A stretch of 63,833 nt of DNA, counting the filler, from Octopus bimaculoides (Eukaryota): the NCBI RefSeq assembly GCF_001194135.2. It is 6 parts of 6 records of this genome, joined end to end, with 100 filler letters (N's around TTAATTAATTAA, not from the genome) between each part and the next. Parts side by side here need not be neighbours in the genome. Positions count along the whole stretch, not along the records: positions 1 to 23,865 come from NC_068982.1; 5 more parts are not named here. One strand, given 5' to 3'. Position numbers and translations under genes: made by a program. This document shows positions 1 to 12,975 of this stretch, piece by piece; position 1 is the first letter of the stretch, and the number at the start of each line of letters is the position of its first letter. The notes beneath the pieces were generated by a model, which ran no database searches, was not told the origin of the DNA, and saw only the letters and a program-made list of their open reading frames with translations.

Positions 1-691
1 TCGATCTTCTGTGATGTGATCTTTTCAGTGTGGGGTCGCGCATTGTCCTGATGAAACATCACTCCTTTGTGATTCACTAAAGCGGGTCTTTTTTCTTCAA
101 AGCTTGGTTCAAACGCTCTAATTGCTGAAAGTAGACTTGAACATTCATTGTTGCATTAGGTGGTAACAATTCAAAGTGAATCACTCCTTTGCAATCCCAC
201 CAGATAGAACCTTTTTCCCATGAAGATCCATTCTCGGTTGTGGTTGAGCCTTTTCCCTTTTACCAAGCCACTGTTAACGACGTTGAAAATTTCGATGGAA
301 GATCCATTTTTCGTCACCCTTCACACGCCTATCCAAAAAGGGTGAAATGGGTTCGCGAGAATGGAGAGAATAGCAGATGTCAACTCAGGATTTGCGGTTG
401 CTTTTGGACAATTCATGAGGCACCCATTTTCCAAGTTTAGGAAACTATACATGACGATGAACAGTTGTATGGTTTGAACTAAGCTTTACTGCCAATTTTT
501 CAACTGATAATGCAGGATTTTCTTCAAGTAATGCCCCAGGGAGCTTATCATCAAACTCAACTGGACGTCCTGTTCGATCGTCATCTTCAAGGCTGAAATC
601 TCCAATTCCGTTAGACATTCTAAAATACTATTAAATTTCTTTCAATTTTAAAAAAGGTAAAATCGGACAGAACTTATGGGATGACCTGATG
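1..691 (-). mobile_element. Degenerate mariner (DD34D) transposon, 5' TIR plus transposase pseudogene, truncated by window start
   Basis: Minus-strand translation gives GDFSLEDDDRTGRP...KLGKWVPHELS...GDEKWIF...WWDCKGVIHFELLPPNAT...HQDNARPH with stops and frameshifts. Terminal sequence CATCAGGTCATCCCATAAGTTCTGTCCG ends at 691 next to TA (692-693). N-terminal HTH is deleted. Confidence 0.9.
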
Positions 692-695
692 TAAT

Positions 696-730
<35 letters not shown>

Positions 731-944
731 ATGCACATGTATGTATGTATGTATGTATGTATGTATGTATGTATGNNNNNNNNNNNNNNNNNNNNNNNNN
801 NNNNNNNNNNNNNNNNNNNNNNNNNNNNNNNNNNNNNNNNNNNNNNNNNNNNNNNNNNNNNNNNNNNNNNNNNNNNNNNNNNNNNNNNNNNNNNNNNNNN
901 NNNNNNNNNNNNNNNNNNNNNNNNNNNNNNNNNNNNNNNNNNNN

Positions 945-984
<40 letters not shown>

Positions 985-1137
985 AAAGAGAGAGCAGGGG
1001 ATGGGGAGAGAGATTGAGAAAGGGAGAGAGAGAACGACAAGGAACTACATATGTACAAATAAATTAAACAATTGCTCTTACCTATACACATGCACACCCA
1101 CATACACATACATAGATACATATATACTTTCATACAC

Positions 1138-1196
<59 letters not shown>

Positions 1197-1304
1197 CAGA
1201 CACACACACACACACACACACACATAACATATACACAAGTTTCAGCTGGGCGTGGTAATGCGTGTCAAAAGACACGCATATCTGTGTGTATTTTCCAGCT
1301 TGTG

Positions 1305-1370
<66 letters not shown>

Positions 1371-1390
1371 TGTGTGTGTGTGTGTGTGCG
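692..1390. repeat. Compound microsatellites (TA)n, (TG)n, (TATG)n, (CA)n around a gap
   Basis: Direct inspection; they produce the spurious CVCV/YIYI/HTHT ORFs. Confidence 0.95.
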
Positions 1391-2713
1391 TGCCAGTTAA
1401 GGATCATTAAATGTTCAGAGGTGGATTCTGACGAACTATTTTCACACAGTTGTTACCAAGAGACGCAGTTTTTATTTCCCCTTTGTATATTATGCTTGCA
1501 CGTATCTCTGAGTGTGTTGTTGTATGTCAGTATCTTTGTAACCGACAGTATGCACTCATGCATATGTGTATGCCTGTGTGTGCGCGCGCGCGCGCGCGTG
1601 TGTATGTGTGCGTGTGTGCGTATGTGTGTGTGTGTGTGTGTGTGTGTGTCTGCCGGTATGATGGGTTTTTTCCATATATTCTTATCCGTTTTTATCTCGC
1701 TCATATTCCGGCTGGCAGCCATTTTTTATTGATATATTTATTAATTTATAGATTTATGTTTTCTTTTTATATCTATTTTTTTCGCACTGAGTATTTGTTC
1801 TTTGGCAATATGTTGCAAGAGTGAAAGAAATCACCACACACACACANNNNNNNNNNNNNNNNNNNNNNNNNNNNNNNNNNNNNNNNNNNNNNNNNNNNNN
1901 NNNNNNNNNNNNNNNNNNNNNNNNNNNNNNNNNNNNNNNNNNNNNNNNNNNNNNNNNNNNNNNNNNNNNNNNNNNNNNNNNNNNNNNNNNNNNNNNNNNN
2001 NNNNNNNNNNNNNNNNNNNNNNNNNNNNNNNNNNNNNNNNNNNNNNNNNNNNNNNNNNNNNNNNNNNNNNNNNNNNNNNNNNNNNNNNNNNNNNNNNNNN
2101 NNNNNNNNNNNNNNNNNNNNNNNNNNNNNNNNNNNNNNNNNNNNNNNNNNNNNNNNNNNNNNNNNNNNNNNNNNNNNNNNNNNNNNNNNNNNNNNNNNNN
2201 NNNNNNNNNNNNNNNNNNNNNNNNNNNNNNNNNNNNNNNNNNNNNNNNNNNNNNNNNNNNNNNNNNNNNNNNNNNNNNNNNNNNNNNNNNNNNNNNNNNN
2301 NNNNNNNNNNNNNNNNNNNNNNNNNNNNNNNNNNNNNNNNNNNNNNNNNNNNNNNNNNNNNNNNNNNNNNNNNNNNNNNNNNNNNNNNNNNNNNNNNNNN
2401 NNNNNNNNNNNNNNNNNNNNNNNNNNNNNNNNNNNNNNNNNNNNNNNNNNNNNNNNNNNNNNNNNNNNNNNNNNNNNNNNNNNNNNNNNNNNNNNNNNNN
2501 NNNNNNNNNNNNNNNNNNNNNNNNNNNNNNNNNNNNNNNNNNNNNNNNNNNNNNNNNNNNNNNNNNNNNNNNNNNNNNNNNNNNNNNNNNNNNNNNNNNN
2601 NNNNNNNNNNNNNNNNNNNNNNNNNNNNNNNNNNNNNNNNNNNNNNNNNNNNNNNNNNNNNNNNNNNNNNNNNNNNNNNNNNNNNNNNNNNNNNNNNNNN
2701 NNNNNNNNNNNNT

Positions 2714-2979
2714 TATTGGGTGAAAACTCCTAAAGCTCCACGAGGCTCCAGCTGTACTCTTTCACCACAACTTTCTCTCTCTCTTACTTCCTGTTTCTGT
2801 TGTACCTGTATTTCAAAGGGCCAGCCTTGTCACACTCTGTGCCACGCTGAATCTTCCAGACAACTACGTTAAGAATACACGTGTCTGTGGAGTGCTCAGC
2901 CACTTGCACATTAATTTCACGAGTAGGCTGTTCCGTTGATCGGATCAACTGGAATCCTCGTCTTCGTAAGCCACGGAGT
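2714..2979 (+). mobile_element. SINE family B, 3' part (5' head lost in gap)
   Basis: Colinear with 29500-29780 (ctgtactct...cttcctgtttctgttgt...gtctgtggagtgctcagccacttgcac...). Confidence 0.85.
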
Positions 2980-3310
2980 GATTGTGTAGTAAGTAGCTTG
3001 CTTACCAACCATATCGGTTCAGTCCCTCATGGGTTCCGAGTTCAGTCCCACAGTCTTCTATTATTGCCTTGTGAGTTGATTTGGTAGACGGAGACTAAAA
3101 GAAGCCCGTCGTATATATATGTGTGTGTGTGTGTTTGTGTGTTTGACAACCGATGCTGGTGTGGTTATATCTCTGTTACTTAGCAGTTCGGCAAAAGACT
3201 GATAGAATAAGTACTAGACTTACGAAGAATAAGCCCTGTGGTCGATTTGTTCGACTAAAGGCGGTACTCCAGCATGGCTGCAGTCAAATGACTGAAATAG
3301 ATAAAATAAG
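2975..3310 (+). mobile_element. SINE family A (tRNA-derived, internal AT/GT microsatellite)
   Basis: Matches 22099-22290 head and 47440-47645 tail (gaagcccgtcg-(AT/GT)n-ttgacaaccgatgctgg...gactgaaa). Confidence 0.85.
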
Positions 3311-3359
3311 AGAATATATATATAAGGAAAATTATACACTTACACTGTTTTTATTAATA

Positions 3360-3588
3360 CAGTCATTTATACAGCACATTTAATTTAAACCTCTGTCCGA
3401 GATACGTTTCTGCTACATGGTTATCATCATATGTGGTTTTCATTTGAATAAAGCTGTATATAATCTGAACGAAGTTTGGATACAGATGAACAAACAGGAT
3501 GCAAATGAAAACCACATTGCAAGATATCGATGCAGCAGGAACATATGCCAGACATAGGTTTAAATTAGATATGCTGTATAAATGACCG
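3360..3588. mobile_element. Tc1/mariner-type MITE (fold-back, ~90-bp imperfect TIRs)
   Basis: CAGTCATTTATACAGCA... at 3360 is the inverse of ...TGCTGTATAAATGACCG ending 3588. TA lies on both sides (3358-3359, 3589-3590). Confidence 0.8.
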
Positions 3589-3830
3589 TAATGGTGTGTA
3601 GATGTCTTATTCTCCTTATTCATTTGAATTGTCTTGGCTATACACTCACTAAACTGTTTATAATCCAACGAAGCGAACTCAGGATTTACTAATCGGTTTT
3701 ACCATTTGGGAGTTTACTTTAAACAGTCTCAGGTTATTCAATACTATTCGATGCGTTTAGCCAGAACTTGGATTATACTAGAGTGCTTGAATGGTGCTTG
3801 CCTGAATCTATTACCCCATTCTATCTATCA

Positions 3831-3835
<5 letters not shown>

Positions 3836-3906
<71 letters not shown>

Positions 3907-3990
3907 GTCTGTCTGTCTGTCTATCTATCTATATATTATATATATATATACATACATACACACATACATACATACACATACACACACATA
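3836..3990. repeat. (TCTA)n/(TCTG)n/(CA)n microsatellite
   Basis: Direct inspection. Confidence 0.95.
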
Positions 3991-4559
3991 CATACATACA
4001 TTCTAATGTGCTTATAAACAAAGGTCACTGGTTTAAGTTCGTGACCAGCAGTTTAGAGGGAAGACGAGCCCACCGACCACCGTTCCCAACTGATATTTTA
4101 TTTTATTGACCATGGAGGTGTAGTTAAAAGGGGAAGTTGACCACAGTGAGATCTAAACTCAGAGCGTAAAGAGCTGGAAAAAATATACTCCACTGATTTT
4201 GCCTTCTTGCCACTTTATAAATGTAGCTATAACTCATAATTTGTAATAATTGGAGAGAAAAATACCTCCCCTTAGATAGAAAAATATTGCACATAAATTT
4301 CACCCTCGGAAATTGAATCACTTATCAACCGAAGACTGGCCTGCCCTGATATCATAATGCAAGTAGTGTCGCTGACGTCCGGTTTACAGTAAATGTGGTG
4401 TTCGATTTTTGTTGGTATCTTTGTTCACTTCTTTTAACCAATATCTTTCTTCTAATCTGTTATTTCTCAATACAATAACATTTGACTTCACGAAAAAGAT
4501 TTATTTGGACATTTTCACAATCCGATTTATCTACACACATACACACTGATGCAGAAACA

Positions 4560-5575
4560 TATTTTCATGTATGTATGTCATTCTTGAGTTTTATTTCAAG
4601 ATTTCTTACCAAAAGAGAAAGAACCGGTTTCTAAACTAGAACCAAGGCTCCTCCATTGGAATTTCAACATCAACAACAGGGTATTTTTGTTTGCTTGTAT
4701 GTATGTATGTATGTATGTATGTATTTGCAGATTTTTATGTTTTATGTTTGTGTTTTCATGCATATAGTTGCATATCTAGACATGTTCATATATATTTAAA
4801 TGATAAACTTCTAGGAAGTTTTGCAGATTTGTACAGTTCCAGTGATGGATTGAATCTGTAGTCTTCGAATTAGCTGCTTCTTTCTGATTTTGAGAAACCT
4901 AATTTCTCAAGATTGGTATTTAGGCAGGATGATACATATCCTACGGTCCCTATAATTACAGGTATAAACCTGAACTTGTAATATGGATACAGTAACTGCA
5001 GATTTCTCAATAGTTCAGCGTAGGTATTCTCTTNNNNNNNNNNATACAGTAACTGCAGATTTCTCAATAGTTCAGCGTAGGTATTCTCTTTTTCACTGAT
5101 CTTCAGCTTTATGTTACCATCCGCTGGGCAGCTAATTTTTACAATTGTGCACAGTTTCTCTTCTCTACCGTGGTGACATTTTTGGACAACTGCTTGTGAT
5201 GTGGGTGATATCTTCGGTGTCGTCTCCACAAAGTCTGCATCGGTTGTCACATTTCACTGCTTTTCCTGCATCTCTATCCCTTTTGTGCATCAGGTACTTG
5301 GTTGATATTTCTTGTTTCTGGATTGCAAACGCATACCCTTCAAAATAGTAGGTAGTACTCCAGCTATTGCTCAATGATAAACTGCTTTGATGATCGATGT
5401 TACTATTATCCCGGAGCTTTCTACTAGTCTTTTGCATAGTCTTTTGTTCATATAGGCTCATCCTTTCATCTGATGATACGTTACTGTAGAGTCGTGCGAC
5501 TACTTTGGGCATGTATTCTAGGTTATCAAAGATTGTTGCTCAAGGAGCTGCTGTCCAAGTTTTATGATGCATCTA
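4560..5575 (-). mobile_element. R4/Dong-like non-LTR retrotransposon 3' end (CCHC knuckle + RLE endonuclease + 3' UTR), degenerate
   Basis: YFEGYAFAIQ...CRLCGDDTEDITHITSSCP...ISCPADGNIKLKISEKENTY...IPVIIGTVG...LEKLGF. The 3' UTR matches 52454-53170. Confidence 0.85.
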
Positions 5576-5628
5576 TGTATGTACGCATGCATGTATATAT
5601 AAATGTATATATATATATGTATGTATAT

Positions 5629-5704
<76 letters not shown>

Positions 5705-6337
5705 CACATATAAATAAATAGGCAGGCAGACAGACGGCTAGCTAGCTAGATAGATATATAGACAGATAGACAGATAGGCAGACAGAGACGCACACAGAGA
5801 AACACACAAGCAAATACACAGACAGACAGACAGACAGACAGATAGATACATACATACATACATACATACATACATCCATTGCACTAAAGATAGATGCACT
5901 TTAAGCTCAGCAGAAGAAAACCTTAGTTCGTTTAAGCGAAATACTTCATCACCAAGTGAGTACAAGAGTCAACAAATAGTTGGTGTTATGACTTTATGTT
6001 ACCGTGGATTTAAAAGAAATCAAAATAATGGAACTAGATTAAGCTCCGCATTAAAAAAATATATAGCATCTAATGCAAGTTAATTGAACAGATATTCCCA
6101 TGTTTCAGTGGCTATCACATCACTAGCAGCTGTTGATATAAAGACAATTAGTTGTGTAACCGTACAATATAAAGCAGTCATTAATGTCACAAATGCTCGA
6201 TTCAGAAATTGATCATGACAGACAAAGGATCGAAGCGGTCAGTTTATACACCACAGAGAAATAATAACTGCTGCAGACTAGTGAAAAGTATCTATAGAAT
6301 GTTCTACAGGAGGACTATAATAGATTTTGTTACGTAC

Positions 6338-6410
6338 CAGGTAACAGAGGTAAAAGGGACAGGATCCTAAATAGTGCCTCATTTGTTCGTTTAAGCGGGA
6401 CATTTAATCA
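6338..6410 (-). other. Candidate exon with start codon (MSRLNEQMRHYLGSCPFYLCYL)
   Basis: ctctcAG acceptor, in-frame TAA then ATG at 6403, CTG|GTACGT donor. No homology recognised. Confidence 0.15.
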
Positions 6411-7029
6411 CTGAGAGCACACACGGCTTCAACAGTTAGTCAGAGTTATGGTCTTTATGTAATATAGAAAAAATAGAAACAAATAGAGAGAGAGAGAGAA
6501 GTGACAGAGTAAGAGAGAGAGTGAGAGAAAGGGGATGAGAGAAAGAAGGGGTGGGGAAGACAAGTGTCAATATGATGGGGAATCTTGGTCAATCTCTGAA
6601 AACGGAATTTCATATCATAAATTTTGCTTTTTTTCTCACAACAGCAGCCATTTAGTTTCATTGTTTATGAGTGGAGAGGTGTGCCTGTGTACATATATGT
6701 TCATGTGCACGTATGTGTGCTTGTGTGCATATGTGTGCGTGTGTATGCGTGTGTGTGTATGTGCGCGCATCTGTATATAGGTCTAAGTGTAAGTGTGTCT
6801 GAACGTGTGTGTGTGCTTGTATGTGTGCCGTTATATGTGTGTGTTGGTGCGCATGCATGCATATATGCATGGATGTGTTTTGTGTTGGAGCCTTTGTATG
6901 TGCCTGCTATGAGAAAACGAGATCATCTATTTGTATATACACATACATATATATATATATATAAACATACTTACTTACACACTTATATATATCCATATAT
7001 ATGCCTAGACATAAATGCACACACACATG

Positions 7030-7097
<68 letters not shown>

Positions 7098-7460
7098 CTT
7101 GTCCGTTTTCTTAAAGCTTTGCTGTCATTGTGTATATACCTGAGTACGTGTGTAGCGCGCGCGCATGTTTATGTGTGTGTGCATACGTGTTTGTATGTGT
7201 TGTTTTTCTAAATGTGTTTTAAACATAAACACTGCTCTCTATTTACATTTTCAGTGTACTTACTTATATGTGCATTTTTGTGTGGTTGTGCAGGAGTATT
7301 TCTGTGTGTATGTGTGCGTGATTGCTTATGTTGTCTATCAGCTTTAACGTTTGCATCGTGTACTTACTGTTTACTTATAAGCGTGTATATATTATGTATA
7401 TATGTGTGTGTGTGTGCGTGCGTGTATAGATGTATATATATATATATATATATTTATATG

Positions 7461-7510
<50 letters not shown>

Positions 7511-8048
7511 AACGCACAGTGTGTATGTATGTACATTTGTGTGACTAGGTGTGCATTTTGGATGAAAGTGTGTATATGCGTTTGCATGTGTGTCTTTGTA
7601 GATTTGTAACTATGCTCGTTTGCAAATTTTCCCCCTTTATGAATGCTTCTAAATTGCTGGATGTTCCATGCTTTCATTTAGCTGTGAATGAGAGTACATC
7701 TGTGTGAATCTGCATGCGTTTGTGTGCATGCATGCGTATGTTTCTGTATGTATTGTTGTTTCTTTATACATTGTGTTTGTGTATGAATTTATATCACTCT
7801 CTGTTCCTGTTTTTGTGCACATAAACACACACGCAAACACGAATAAACACACACACACACACACACATGCACACGCCATTTTGCGCTTATTTTTTAGGCT
7901 ATATTTCTATGCTATTATTATGTGTTCCTTTATAGATTTTTCTTTCTCTTTCTTTTACTTTTCTGTGCCTGTATTAACCAATTGTAGTTTGTGTGAGTAT
8001 GAGCGTGTATACATATATACATATATATTTACATATAACAATGTGTGC

Positions 8049-8093
<45 letters not shown>

Positions 8094-8376
8094 NNNNNNN
8101 NNNNNNNNNNNNNNNNNNNNNNNNNNNNNNNNNNNNNNNNNNNNNNNNNNNNNNNNNNNNNNNNNNNNNNNNNNNNNNNNNNNNNNNNNNNNNNNNNNNN
8201 NNNNNNNNNNNNNNNNNNNNNNNNNNNNNNNNNNNNNNNNNNNNNNNNNNNNNNNNNNNNNNNNNNNNNNNNNNNNNNNNNNNNNNNNNNNNNNNNNNNN
8301 NNNNNNNNNNNNNNNNNNNNNNNNNNNNNNNNNNNNNNNNNNNNNNNNNNNNNNNNNNNNNNNNNNNNNNNNNNNN

Positions 8377-9345
8377 TTTTGGGTCATTGCTGCATTTTTT
8401 GCCAATTCTGTTATAATCTTTGTTTCAGAAAATAATAATGGCATACCCTCAGCTTACTCAAGAAATGAAGAGGCATGCTGTTATTGTGATTATAAAGGCT
8501 AAACTTAGCGATTTAGAAATATCTCGATTTTTAAAAGTTGCCAGATCTTTCGTCTACAAAGTTTGTAAGGAGTTAGAGATTGAAGATGGAAAAGTATCAC
8601 CAGTATCAAAGCACAAAAAGCATTCCAAACGCTCTTAAATCATCAGAACACCTGAATTTATCCAGCAAATTCAACAGAACATTGATTATAATCCCAGAAA
8701 GTCCATGAGGTCAATTGCAAAAGTTCTCCATGTGTCAGAAGGAACAGTCAGAAATGTTGTCCACGAAGATATCAGATATAAGTCTTATATGACGAGGAAA
8801 GAGCAATTTGTGAGAAAAGGCAAAAGAAAATCACTTCATCATATATAAAAGGTTCTTAAACAAACTGAAAAATCTAGCAGAAGATTTCATTTGGTTTTCT
8901 CAAACGAGAAAATCTTTGACCAAGATCAAAAAGTTAACAGAAGAAATAACAGATGGTTATGTGCAGACCCTTCTGAAGTTCCAAGTGTTATGCATACAAA
9001 ATTTCCTGTAACCGTCATGGTTTCAGGGATTGTCAGAAATGAAGAACATGTGATGCCTCCTTACTTCTTTCCACAAGGCCATAGAGTTAACTCTGCCGCC
9101 TACATTGAGGTCCTGGACATAATTGTTAAGCCCTGGATAGAATGCCATATGTGTTTCAGTAATATTCTGCGCTATCACACATCGCTCTAGTAACACAGGA
9201 ATGGATGGCTGAAAACTTTCATGATCACATAACCCCTAACATTTGGCCTCCTAATTCCCCAGATCTTAATCCATTGGACTATTACATGTGGAGAGTTATT
9301 GTGAGAGAGGTCAATGAACACGCCCATAACACCAAAGATTCTTCA
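8377..9345 (+). mobile_element. maT/DD37D-type Tc1/mariner transposase pseudogene
   Basis: MKRHAVIV...IRTPEFIQQ...NPRKSMRSIAK...VFSNEKIF...VMVSG...WPPNSPDLNPLDYY. Stops are present and an internal deletion removes the second catalytic D. Confidence 0.88.
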
Positions 9346-10182
9346 TTTGATGGGCTAAGGAAATCTCGAAAAGTCTGGGTAATGTGTTAAGTAAACCAGA
9401 AAAGCCCAATCTTATTTGATTTTGATGACGTAATCTGCCTAAGAGATAATTCTTTCAGAAATTACACGGCTAATTACGAGAGCACGAGTTTTTTTATTCA
9501 TATATTTACCGTTTATTTCAGTTATTTTAGTCGAAATTATTTGCGACTAATATTATTTTCAGATTTATGACACAACTTTAGCTTTGTTTGAAGTTAGTTT
9601 TGTTTAATAATTTCCTGTAACTGTGATTATTGGGGAAATGTTTATTTATTAAGGCTAGGAAAATGGTTGCTATGTTAGATTTAACATTTAAAGACGAATG
9701 CGATACAAGATTATATTACTGTCTTTTCTTGTTAGTGGATGCCAAAGAGTTAGAGATGTATATAATACCGTCTCTATATACATACCCAATATCCACATAC
9801 ACAAGATTTCACACTCACAGACATACACACAAGCATGTGTTTGCTTGGGTGTGCATATATATGTGTATAAATATATGTATTTATATACTTGTATATATAT
9901 GTATGAATAGTATATACATATTGAATTAATGCATATTGTATGTCTATGCAGATATATATATATATATANNNNNNNNNNNNNNNNNNNNNNNNNNNNNNNN
10001 NNNNNNNNNNNNNNNNNNNNNNNNNNNNNNNNNNNNNNNNNNNNNNNNNNNNNNNNNNNNNNNNNNNNNNNNNNNNNNNNNNNNNNNNNNNNNNNNNNNN
10101 NNNNNNNNNNNNNNNNNNNNNNNNNNNNNNNNNNNNNNNNNNNNNNNNNNNNNNNNNNNNNNNNNNNNNNNNNNNNNNNATA

Positions 10183-10216
<34 letters not shown>

Positions 10217-11244
10217 CATATACATATATATATGTGTGTGTGTGTGTGTTTACGTATGTATATGAATGTATCTCATATCTCACTCTCCCTCTGTGTTTGT
10301 GTGTGTATATATATAAGCACATATATACATACATATATATATATATTTGCTCACGCATATGTGTATATATAATCAGGTGAATGAATGTTTCTGTGTCTCT
10401 CTTTAAGAGATATCCTCCTTTTTTTTTTACTTTAAAAGCGCAAAAGCTGATTAATAATCAATGATGTTTAGGCAAGCTTTTCTTTCATATTTTATCTGAA
10501 AGACTTTGTAAAGGTTTAGGACGTTGATCTTGTAGTTTTGCTCTGAGTATTAAAGAATTATATTCAAATAGAAGTTAACCAGTGCAGTGGAAGCTGCTAA
10601 AATGCTGCATCGCGAGAAATACGATTTCAACCATCAAATATAGTTGTACGTATAGTTTCTTGTCAAATTCTTAATGCATTTCGTAAAGTTAACTCTTGTT
10701 GCTGCTGTTGTTGTTCTTGTTTAGCTCCACTAATCAAGTTGTCACACGAGCAAAAATTACCAAGCATGATCATCCTGCCACTTACTTCAGGTACAGTATA
10801 TCTTATACTTTACACCAGCAATTTCGAAATAAGTTGAATAGATACGGCCTTCAAACGCTTGGGGACGGTGGGTATTACATTCTTTAAATATAAGTAAAAA
10901 AAAGCTGGCATACATTGCCGCCTTACATTATATATAAATAACAAATAGGATGTGCTATTGTTTCGTTTAAGACGATGAGGTATGATTTGAAGGGAATTTT
11001 GCTGCAATTTCTTGCATGTCAAGTGATCATATATAAACTTCTCCGTTCGCTGTTATTATTCATTGGAAGAAATCCCACCGGTCATTTATTTCAGACATAG
11101 TGTATCTAAGACTATATTTGGCCGATCACACAGAACTTCTTTTCTTTCCCGACTTCACTCTCCCGCTAACTTTTGACGACGGCTAACCTCCTTAGTAAGA
11201 ATGTATCTACATGTCTGAGTGTAGTGTGTGCGAGCGTGTATAAG

Positions 11245-11433
11245 CAGTCGAATCGACCACAGTGCTTATGCTTTTCTAAGTCTGATACTTATTCTAATGA
11301 GCTTTTTTTGTCGAACCGCTTAGTTATATTGATGTAAGTATGCCAACACCGGTCGTGAAGCGGTGGTGTTGGACAAACACAGGCACAAACACACACGCAC
11401 ACGCACACACACACATATATATATGTTTCTATA

Positions 11434-11484
<51 letters not shown>

Positions 11485-12270
11485 NNNNNNNNNNNNNNNN
11501 NNNNNNNNNNNNNNNNNNNNNNNNNNNNNNNNNNNNNNNNNNNNNNNNNNNNNNNNNNNNNNNNNNNNNNNNNNNNNNNNNNNNNNNNNNNNNNNNNNNN
11601 NNNNNNNNNNNNNNNNNNNNNNNNNNNNNNNNNNNNNNNNNNNNNNNNNNNNNNNNNNNNNNNNNNNNNNNNNNNNNNNNNNNNNNNNNNNNNNNNNNNN
11701 NNNNNNNNNNNNNNNNNNNNNNNNNNNNNNNNNNNNNNNNNNNNNNNNNNNNNNNNNNNNNNNNNNNNNNNNNNNNNNNNNNNNNNNNNNNNNNNNNNNN
11801 NNNNNNNNNNNNNNNNNNNNNNNNNNNNNNNNNNNNNNNNNNNNNNNNNNNNNNNNNNNNNNNNNNNNNNNNNNNNNNNNNNNNNNNNNNNNNNNNNNNN
11901 NNNNNNNNNNNNNNNNNNNNNNNNNNNNNNNNNNNNNNNNNNNNNNNNNNNNNNNNNNNNNNNNNNNNNNNNNNNNNNNNNNNNNNNNNNNNNNNNNNNN
12001 NNNNNNNNNNNNNNNNNNNNNNNNNNNNNNNNNNNNNNNNNNNNNNNNNNNNNNNNNNNNNNNNNNNNNNNNNNNNNNNNNNNNNNTATATATATGAATT
12101 ATATTAATATACGACAGGCTTCTTTCAGTTTCCGTCCACCAAATCCACTCATAAGGCTTTGGTCGGCCCCAGGTTATAGTATGAAGATACTTGCCCAATG
12201 TGCCGCGCAGTGGGACTGGACCCGGAACCATGTGGTTAGGAAGCAAGCTACTTACCACACAACCACGCCT
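11245..12270 (-). mobile_element. SINE family A spanning a gap at its internal microsatellite
   Basis: Tail (gaaccgcttagtta...ggacaaacac) lies left of the gap; head (cttaccacacaaccacgcct) lies right of it. Confidence 0.8.
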
Positions 12271-12464
12271 ATCTTAGAGAGTTAGAACCAAGAACAATAG
12301 TGCTCCACCCCACCTCTCACACAAATGAGATGATCTTTGAAAGAGATCGATGTCAATCTTTCTCTTCATGTAAACAAGGCCTTAAATGTTGTCGTAAGTC
12401 GGACCGCTCGATTCTAAATAAAATCAGACGTATATTAACATTTATAAATGAAGATTGAATTTAA

Positions 12465-12660
12465 ATTTTGGCTCAAGGCCAGCAGTTTCGAAGGAGAGAG
12501 GAAGTCAAACTACATCGACTCCCCAATGATCAACCTGGTACTTAATTCATCGATTCCCAAAAGGATGAAAGGTAAAGTCAACCCTGACAGAGTTTGAACT
12601 CGCAACGTAAAGACGGATGGATTTTGCCTAGCGTGCTAATTATTTTGCCAGTACACCGCT
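12465..12660 (-). mobile_element. SINE family C
   Basis: Reverse complement of the 43476-43690 type (aaggatgaaaggtaaagtcaac...tttgaactc...tgctaat). Confidence 0.75.
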
Positions 12661-12764
12661 TTATAAGATTGAATAAATATAATATATGTAGATGTACAAC
12701 ACGCACATATGCACATATATACGTGCATGTTTGTGTGTGTGTGTATAAATAAATGGCAACAGTA

Positions 12765-12787
12765 GCAGCAACAGCAGCAGCAGCTAC

Positions 12788-12848
<61 letters not shown>

Positions 12849-12870
12849 ATAGCAGTAGTAGTAGTAATTG
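12765..12870. repeat. (AGC)/(AGT)n trinucleotide repeat
   Basis: Direct inspection. Confidence 0.95.
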
Positions 12871-12928
12871 AAGCAGCAGGAGTTTTAAATTTTCAGAAAA
12901 TTAACCAGTTTGGAATCGCAGAACTGAC

Positions 12929-12975
12929 CTTCAGGTAGATATTGTTCTGATAGTGTTGATGTTTGGAAATGTCAT
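12929..12975 (-). other. Candidate 47-nt coding exon (DISKHQHYQNNIYLK)
   Basis: tttctgttccttcgcctAG acceptor, AAG|GTCAGT donor, only one open frame (phase 1 to 0). Confidence 0.25.

Noticed and set aside
4987-5090. Tandem duplication inside the RLE ORF
   Set aside because: An identical 47-mer on both sides of a 10-N gap is an unmerged contig overlap.
10785-10881. Minus-strand exon candidate with Rho-GTPase-like words (VIPTV; FEGRIYSTYFEIAG)
   Set aside because: The words lie in different frames and all frames stop before the GTAAGT donor.
12273-12458. Cys-rich frame RCQSFSSCKQGLKCCRK (WAP-like)
   Set aside because: Incomplete cysteine pattern, no good acceptor, and it begins inside a SINE flank.
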